Below, piece by piece: positions 44,226 to 48,896 of a stretch of 48,896 nucleotides of DNA. The stretch spans positions 1-48,896 of the forward strand of contig DAOUES010000096.1 of NCBI GenBank assembly GCA_034430335.1, written 5' to 3'. The notes beneath the pieces were generated by a model. The model worked only from the letters and a program-made list of their open reading frames with translations. It was not told the DNA's origin and searched no databases. How positions within the stretch are numbered: position 1 is the first letter of the stretch; each line of letters opens with the position of its first letter. Source of the stretch: Anaerolineae bacterium (GTDB taxonomy: Bacteria; Chloroflexota; Anaerolineae; Aggregatilineales; UBA3940). The position numbers and the translations under genes are program-made.

Positions 44226-44264
44226 AAAGGTGGCTCATGCGTAAGCAGGCCACCTTTTATTTTT
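44226..44264. terminator. Bidirectional terminator between tRNA-Pro and the SCP2 gene
   Basis: aaaggtggc-14-nt loop-gccaccttt followed by tattttt. An A-tract on the other side serves the convergent minus-strand gene. Confidence 0.75.
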
Positions 44265-44278
44265 CCCCCGGGTTTCGC

Positions 44279-44602
44279 TCAGACGCCCAGAAGCGCCTGC
44301 AATTTCATCGCCAGGGCCACATCCCCGCTGACTTTGACTTTACCCGTCATAAAGGCCCCGACCGCGTTCAGATCGCCCCGGACGATTGCCAGCAGGTCGC
44401 CGTCGGAGACGTTGACCGTCATGTCCGCACCCTGGATGGTGCCCTCGTCGATAGAGAGCGTGCCGTCGATAATCTTGATCAACCACTGGCCGCCTCTCCC
44501 CCCCGATACGTCGAAGGCGATTTTTGCATCCGAATCACCCCACGCTTCCGGGTCAAAGTGCCCCGGTAACAGGTCAATAATTTCCTGTACAGTCTCCGGC
44601 AT
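44279..44602 (-). CDS. SCP2 (sterol-carrier-protein-2-like) domain protein
   Basis: I start the gene at MPETVQEIIDLL (ATG at 44600-44602, GGAGAAAAATCT RBS). IAFDVSGGRGGQWLIKIIDG..AFMTGKVKVSGDVALAMKL is typical of SCP2. Confidence 0.8.
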   Translation of the reverse strand: MPETVQEIIDLLPGHFDPEAWGDSDAKIAFDVSGGRGGQWLIKIIDGTLSIDEGTIQGADMTVNVSDGDLLAIVRGDLNAVGAFMTGKVKVSGDVALAMKLQALLGV

Positions 44603-44682
44603 AGATTTTTCTCCTGTGTTCACTCTTTGAATGCCTCTGGCCCAAAGTATACAATACATACGCGGCTCTCTCATAAAGGAAT

Positions 44683-46104
44683 TTGCCGTTGACCCTGATG
44701 ACCCAATTCCGGCGGACTCGATTCATACCCCAGATCGTTCTGGCCTCTTTGCTGGCCACAGCGCTGGCCTGCGCCGGTGCCAGTACACCGGGCAGGACGA
44801 CCGGCACCGGGGAGCCGCCCCCGGAAGCCGTGCCATCCGAACTCCCGCCGCCGCCGATCCAGATGATCACGGATTTGCCATCGACGGGCCGGTTGGCCGT
44901 CACCGGGAACGACGGCAACCTGTATATCATCGAACGGGGCCAGTACCCGGTTTCGATTACCGGAGACGCGGTGCCATCTTTCGACAAGGAGTTGATAGGC
45001 CGCGAGTACCAGCATCCCACATGGTCGCCATCGGGCTGGCTGTCGTTCGTGCGCGTGGAGATACTGCCCAACAACCCGCCCGGCCAGATTCTACTGGCCG
45101 TCGCACCGGGGGAAACCGAATCATACATCATCTACGAATCGACGCGGGAGAGCTACATCTACGGATACTGGGCACCGGACAATCCGCCGGGAAACGAACG
45201 GCTGGCTTTTCTGATGAATGATGGGGAACAGTACAGCCTGCGCCTGGCTGAAATTCAAACCGGGGACGATCTGACCATCTCCGATCAGGTCGTCGGGAGG
45301 GCCGCGCCGTACTATTTCTCATGGTCGCCTGATGGGGGATCGATTTTCTGGCAGCAGAACGGCCTCACGATGGCCGTTTACGATGCTGCGGAATCAGAGA
45401 TAGCCTATCAACTCGACGACCAACCGGGGAATTTCGCAGCGCCGGTGTGGTCGCCAGTCGATGACCGGCTGCTTTACGCACGGGAGGACAACGGATCAAG
45501 CCGGGTGACCGTGCTCGACGGCGACACACATTATGACCTCGGCCTGCCTGTTTCCGGATACACGTACTTCACATGGTCACCCGACGGGCAGACGATAGCC
45601 TACAGCAGCGGAGAGGGCCTGCTCGATCCGATCACGGTCATCGACGCCGACGGCACCGGCGGGCGCATCCTGGCCGGGGTCGACGATATCGTCGCCTTCT
45701 TCTGGTCACCGGACAGCACCCGGCTGGCGGTCGTGACGATGGAGGAGTACAAGCCGCCGCTGCCCGAAGTATCGACGGGGCTGCGGATGCGCCCGGCCCG
45801 GCAGACCGGCACGCCGTCGATCATCCTGCAATGGTGGTTGATCGATGCTGGCAGCAGCGAGGTAACGCCGCTCGAACAGTTCTTCCCGACACCCGACCAG
45901 TTCACGATCTTCAATTTCTTCAGCCAGTACACACTCAGCCACCGGGTATGGTCGCCGGACAGCCGCTATATCGCCTATGCCGAAGTCGCCGACCTGACCG
46001 GCAGCCCATCCGGGGGCGTGATCCGGCTGATCGATACCGGACGGCCCGACGCGGAACCGCTGATCATCATGGATGGACGGCAGGCTGTCTACTCGTTCGA
46101 TTAG
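44683..46104 (+). CDS. Secreted or lipoprotein-like beta-propeller protein with PD40/TolB-like repeats
   Basis: Signal-like N-terminus ending LATALACAG. Repeated W(S/A)PD strings are present (WSPSG, WSPDGGS, WSPVDD, WSPDGQT, WSPDST, WSPDSRY). The start is the TTG at 44683 or the ATG at 44698. Confidence 0.75.
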   Translation: MPLTLMTQFRRTRFIPQIVLASLLATALACAGASTPGRTTGTGEPPPEAVPSELPPPPIQMITDLPSTGRLAVTGNDGNLYIIERGQYPVSITGDAVPSFDKELIGREYQHPTWSPSGWLSFVRVEILPNNPPGQILLAVAPGETESYIIYESTRESYIYGYWAPDNPPGNERLAFLMNDGEQYSLRLAEIQTGDDLTISDQVVGRAAPYYFSWSPDGGSIFWQQNGLTMAVYDAAESEIAYQLDDQPGNFAAPVWSPVDDRLLYAREDNGSSRVTVLDGDTHYDLGLPVSGYTYFTWSPDGQTIAYSSGEGLLDPITVIDADGTGGRILAGVDDIVAFFWSPDSTRLAVVTMEEYKPPLPEVSTGLRMRPARQTGTPSIILQWWLIDAGSSEVTPLEQFFPTPDQFTIFNFFSQYTLSHRVWSPDSRYIAYAEVADLTGSPSGGVIRLIDTGRPDAEPLIIMDGRQAVYSFD

Positions 46105-46269
46105 TGCCGGAGTCGTCGGGAAAGCGGCACCGACTCACAGGTTGCCAGCCAACCGCCAAACCGGTATATTCTACGGGCAGTCAGGCGATTCGATCACCAA
46201 CGGCCACCCGCAACGGTGGTCGGTTTACGTCACCATTGGATGACAGGCGGTTCATAGACCGGAAACCTT

Positions 46270-46755
46270 TTGAAACTTAGTCAGAGACTCGCCAACCTTG
46301 CCCTGCGCCTGCCGCCGGTCGCTGCAATGGCAACCGGGATGTACCGGCTGACTCGCCCCCGGTTTACGTCGGGGGTGGTTGGGGTGATACTCAACGACAG
46401 GGGCGAAATCCTGTTCGTGAAACACGTTTACCACCCGGAAACGCCCTGGGGACTGCCGGGCGGCTGGCAGGATGCCGGAGAGAACCCCGTCGAGACGCTC
46501 AGGCGGGAACTCGACGAAGAACTGGGTTTGGAAGTCGACATCCTGCGCCCGCTGCTGATCGAAAGGCGGGCAAAACGCCGCCATCTGGATATCGCCTACC
46601 TGTGTGACGCAAAGAACGACGTTCAAGGTTTATGCGTGGAATTGACAGACTATCAATGGTGTATGCCTGATTCAAGACCGGCCATCCACCCCTTTCAAGA
46701 GCGGGCGGTCGAACTGGCTTTCGCTCCACGCGACGAAAAGGAACGTAACCGATGA
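46270..46755 (+). CDS. NUDIX hydrolase
   Basis: Nudix box GLPGGWQDAGENPVETLRRELDEELGL. The start is uncertain (TTG at 46270 or ATG at 46327). Confidence 0.85.
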   Translation: MKLSQRLANLALRLPPVAAMATGMYRLTRPRFTSGVVGVILNDRGEILFVKHVYHPETPWGLPGGWQDAGENPVETLRRELDEELGLEVDILRPLLIERRAKRRHLDIAYLCDAKNDVQGLCVELTDYQWCMPDSRPAIHPFQERAVELAFAPRDEKERNR

Positions 46756-48305
46756 TGTTTCAATCAAACTCCAGACACCGGGGGAGCCTCCCGATCTTGG
46801 AAATCGCTGGCCTGTTGATGATCCTGGCCGCCATCCTCATCTTCATGGCGCAGCTCAGTGCCTACAGCCAGGAACGCCAGCAGCTTCCGGAAGGGTTGCT
46901 GCTGGCCGGTGTCCCGGCGGATGGCTTGAAGGGTGAGCAGGCGTTAGCCTCGATTGAGCAGACCTACGGTGCCCCGGTTACGGTCATTTACAAAGACCAG
47001 GAAATCCTGCTCAGTCCTGAACAGGTCGGATTCCGGGTAAACTCCGAGGCGATGATCTCGTCGGCGACCGAACTCAGGATGGAAGGGACGTTCTGGTCGG
47101 GCTTCTGGGATCACCTCTGGCAGCGGCCCCAACAGACCTATGATATCAACCTCAACGCGGAGTATTCCGAGGAGCAGTTGAGGGCGTGGGTCGCCGACCT
47201 TGCTTCGCGGTATGAAAGCCCACCCCAGCCCGCGACAATCGCCCTGGAAACGATGTCGGTGTCTCCCGGTCAGCCGGGTGAAACGCTCGATCAGGAGAAG
47301 GCCGTCGCCGACATTGCCGAAGCGTTGTTCCAGCCGATAGGCAGGACCGTCGTGCTGTCGATCAACGAGACGGATGCGCCTGAACCATCGATGGATACGC
47401 TGGAGACGTTGCTGATCGAATACCTGATGAGCGAGAAATACGAAGGTGTCGCGTCGATCTATATCTATGACGAACGCAACGGGGACTCACTGGCGCTGGA
47501 TGTCGACCTGCGCCAGGGCGTCCCGACGCCGGTCAACTGTGATATCGCCTATGCCGGGTTGAGCACGATGAAGATTCCGCTCATGGTTGGCTACTTCCGG
47601 TACCTGGGCTGGTTCCCCTATCCCTACGAGTACGATGTCGTCGAATCGACGATGACGCTGTCGAGCAACCTGAACGCCAACTTCATGCTGCGGGACATCG
47701 GCGGCGACAATATCGAACTTGGCCCGCCCGTCGTAACCGAAATGATGCACTACCTGGGCATGGAGAACTCGTTCATCGCCGCGCCGTATGACGACGAGGA
47801 CGAGCCGGAATACTATTCCACACCGGCCCGCGAAGCGGCCCGCGCCGGGATGTGCATCGACACCAACGCCGACTACGCGATGCAGACGACGGCGGAAGAT
47901 ATTGCCCTGCTCCTCGACTCGATCTACCAGTGCGCCGAGTACGACGGCGGCGACCTGATTGCCGCCTACCCGGACGAGATCAACCAGACCGAGTGCCAGA
48001 TGATGATCGACGTGATGTCAAAGAACGACGAGGGCAAGCTGATCCTGGCAGGCGTTCCGGAATATGTCGAGGTGGCGCACAAGCATGGCTACACCTACGA
48101 CACGATCTCTGACGCGGGGATCGTCCTCAGCCCGGGCGGAAATTACGTGATGGTCGTCTTCCTGTGGGCCGACGTGGGCTGGCTGGCAAACACTGCTTTC
48201 CCGATCATGGAGGGCCTGTCGACGGCGACGTTCAATTACTTCAACCCGGACCTGATCAATGAACCCCGGCGGGGGTATGGAGATGTGCTGTTAGGCGGTC
48301 AGTGA
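46752..48305 (+). CDS. Membrane-anchored serine hydrolase (class A beta-lactamase-like fold) with an N-terminal YoaR/VanW-type PG-binding-like region
   Basis: TM anchor, then LAGVPADGLKGEQALASIEQTYGAPVTVIYKDQEILLSPEQVGF (PG_binding_4-like). An STMK (SxxK) motif and a later HKHG (KxG-like) motif are present. The start overlaps the NUDIX stop (ATGA). Confidence 0.65.
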   Translation: MMFQSNSRHRGSLPILEIAGLLMILAAILIFMAQLSAYSQERQQLPEGLLLAGVPADGLKGEQALASIEQTYGAPVTVIYKDQEILLSPEQVGFRVNSEAMISSATELRMEGTFWSGFWDHLWQRPQQTYDINLNAEYSEEQLRAWVADLASRYESPPQPATIALETMSVSPGQPGETLDQEKAVADIAEALFQPIGRTVVLSINETDAPEPSMDTLETLLIEYLMSEKYEGVASIYIYDERNGDSLALDVDLRQGVPTPVNCDIAYAGLSTMKIPLMVGYFRYLGWFPYPYEYDVVESTMTLSSNLNANFMLRDIGGDNIELGPPVVTEMMHYLGMENSFIAAPYDDEDEPEYYSTPAREAARAGMCIDTNADYAMQTTAEDIALLLDSIYQCAEYDGGDLIAAYPDEINQTECQMMIDVMSKNDEGKLILAGVPEYVEVAHKHGYTYDTISDAGIVLSPGGNYVMVVFLWADVGWLANTAFPIMEGLSTATFNYFNPDLINEPRRGYGDVLLGGQ

Positions 48306-48413
48306 TTTTCCGCGAATTGGCAATAAAGAACATTGCGCGGATTTCACGAATTGGGGTGCTCGCTGCCGCTCGCATAAAAACAAAAACAGGGTAGGTTTCG
48401 TCCTGTTAGTCTA

Positions 48414-48437
48414 TCCCGGCGCTAAAGCACCGGGCTA
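48414..48437 (+). repeat. Short hairpin repeat (family C)
   Basis: tcccggcgctaaagcaccgggcta contains the hairpin cccggcgc/gcaccggg. An inverted copy lies at 25297-25320. Confidence 0.6.
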
Positions 48438-48567
48438 AAGCGGCGGGCACGGATGCAGCACCTGCTCACGGGGCAGGTTCGGATGTAGAAGGCAGGGCGC
48501 GTTCAGTAAAATCCACACTTGCTGGCAGACCGATCCTGCCGGGGCCATCATAAAAAGGAGCAGTACC

Positions 48568-48896
48568 GTGTCACGTAGACCTGGCATGCCAGAAGACATC
48601 AAGTGCGAGAAAGACTACCTCGAGCGGGGCGTGAACCTGGATACAGACGTTTCGATAGTCGAGGGCCGGGAGGAAATCAAAAATCAACTGGGCGAAGAAC
48701 TGCTGGGACGTTTCTGCGATCCCGGCGCTCGAATGGCGCTGACGGCTGACCTGGCGCAGATCAAGGCCTTCGAAGAAACGGAGCAGGGGATTCCCTCGTT
48801 CCTCGAGGCCGGTCCGAGGAAACTGCTGCGCTACAGCCCTGAAACGACCCGTGTTGCAATCGTCACGACGGGGGGATTGTGCCCCGGCCTCCACCG
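48568..48896 (+). CDS. 6-phosphofructokinase (long ATP/PPi-dependent type), N-terminal 109 codons; the gene runs off the right edge
   Basis: My translation from the GTG at 48568 (AAGGAG RBS 7 nt upstream) gives ..IPSFLEAGPRKLLRYSPETTRVAIVTTGGLCPGLH.., which matches the AGPR...IVTCGGLCPGLN signature of PFK. It is not in the ORF track because it has no stop in the window. Confidence 0.8.
   Translation, partial: MSRRPGMPEDIKCEKDYLERGVNLDTDVSIVEGREEIKNQLGEELLGRFCDPGARMALTADLAQIKAFEETEQGIPSFLEAGPRKLLRYSPETTRVAIVTTGGLCPGLH

Noticed and set aside
1-48896. CRISPR arrays, rRNA genes, transposases, toxin-antitoxin pairs and known defence genes (RT, Cas, restriction enzymes, CBASS-type cyclases).
   Set aside because: I saw no regularly spaced direct repeats and no matching protein signatures in any frame of the ORF track. 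The repeats present are isolated hairpin or MITE-like elements.
48886-48896. His instead of Asn in the PFK GGLCPGL(N) motif at the window edge.
   Set aside because: The sequence ends two nucleotides later, so the context cannot be assessed. A single-residue deviation at a truncated end does not justify a claim.

Overview
This is a chromosomal, mostly housekeeping window from a moderately GC-rich bacterium. The gene content (YtxH/DUF948 pair, exonuclease-fused DinG, many LysM/SH3b/S41 envelope proteins, GC-hairpin repeats whose spurious ORFs read ...GEG...) feels Chloroflexota-like, but that is only a guess. I call about 50 protein genes and 3 tRNAs (Leu-TAG, Arg-TCT, Pro-GGG). I see no rRNA, CRISPR array, transposase, integrase or phage genes. 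Landmarks are tRNA-Leu/tig/clpP/clpX, efp, smpB with two S41 peptidases, nnr, dinG, a SpoU/TrmH methylase, an OmpR-type two-component pair, a REC-HK hybrid and two orphan CheY-like regulators. A partial TPR gene sits at the left edge and a partial phosphofructokinase at the right edge; neither is in the ORF track. I do not see a canonical multi-gene defence island. The items most worth a second look are: (1) a 136-bp MITE-like element with imperfect terminal inverted repeats, whose two full copies (about 92 percent identical) both lie in the same orientation upstream of receiver-domain genes, plus a diverged copy that supplies the start of a glycosidase gene; (2) REP-like intergenic modules built on the GCGAAGC/GCGTAGC mini-hairpin flanked by C5/G5 runs; (3) an efp whose loop-tip residue is Arg32 in a KPGRG context, co-directional with a Cys-rich protein and a HAD-DinB fusion of unknown role; (4) a two-gene cassette of unknown function (36394-38568) behind a near-consensus promoter; (5) an orphan Mg-chelatase/MCM-like AAA+ ATPase with a Q-rich N-terminus and a long low-GC upstream region; (6) smpB nearly abutting (1-4 nt gap) a tail-specific-type protease gene. 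All coordinates, alignments and motif calls were made by eye from the sequence, and no database was consulted.
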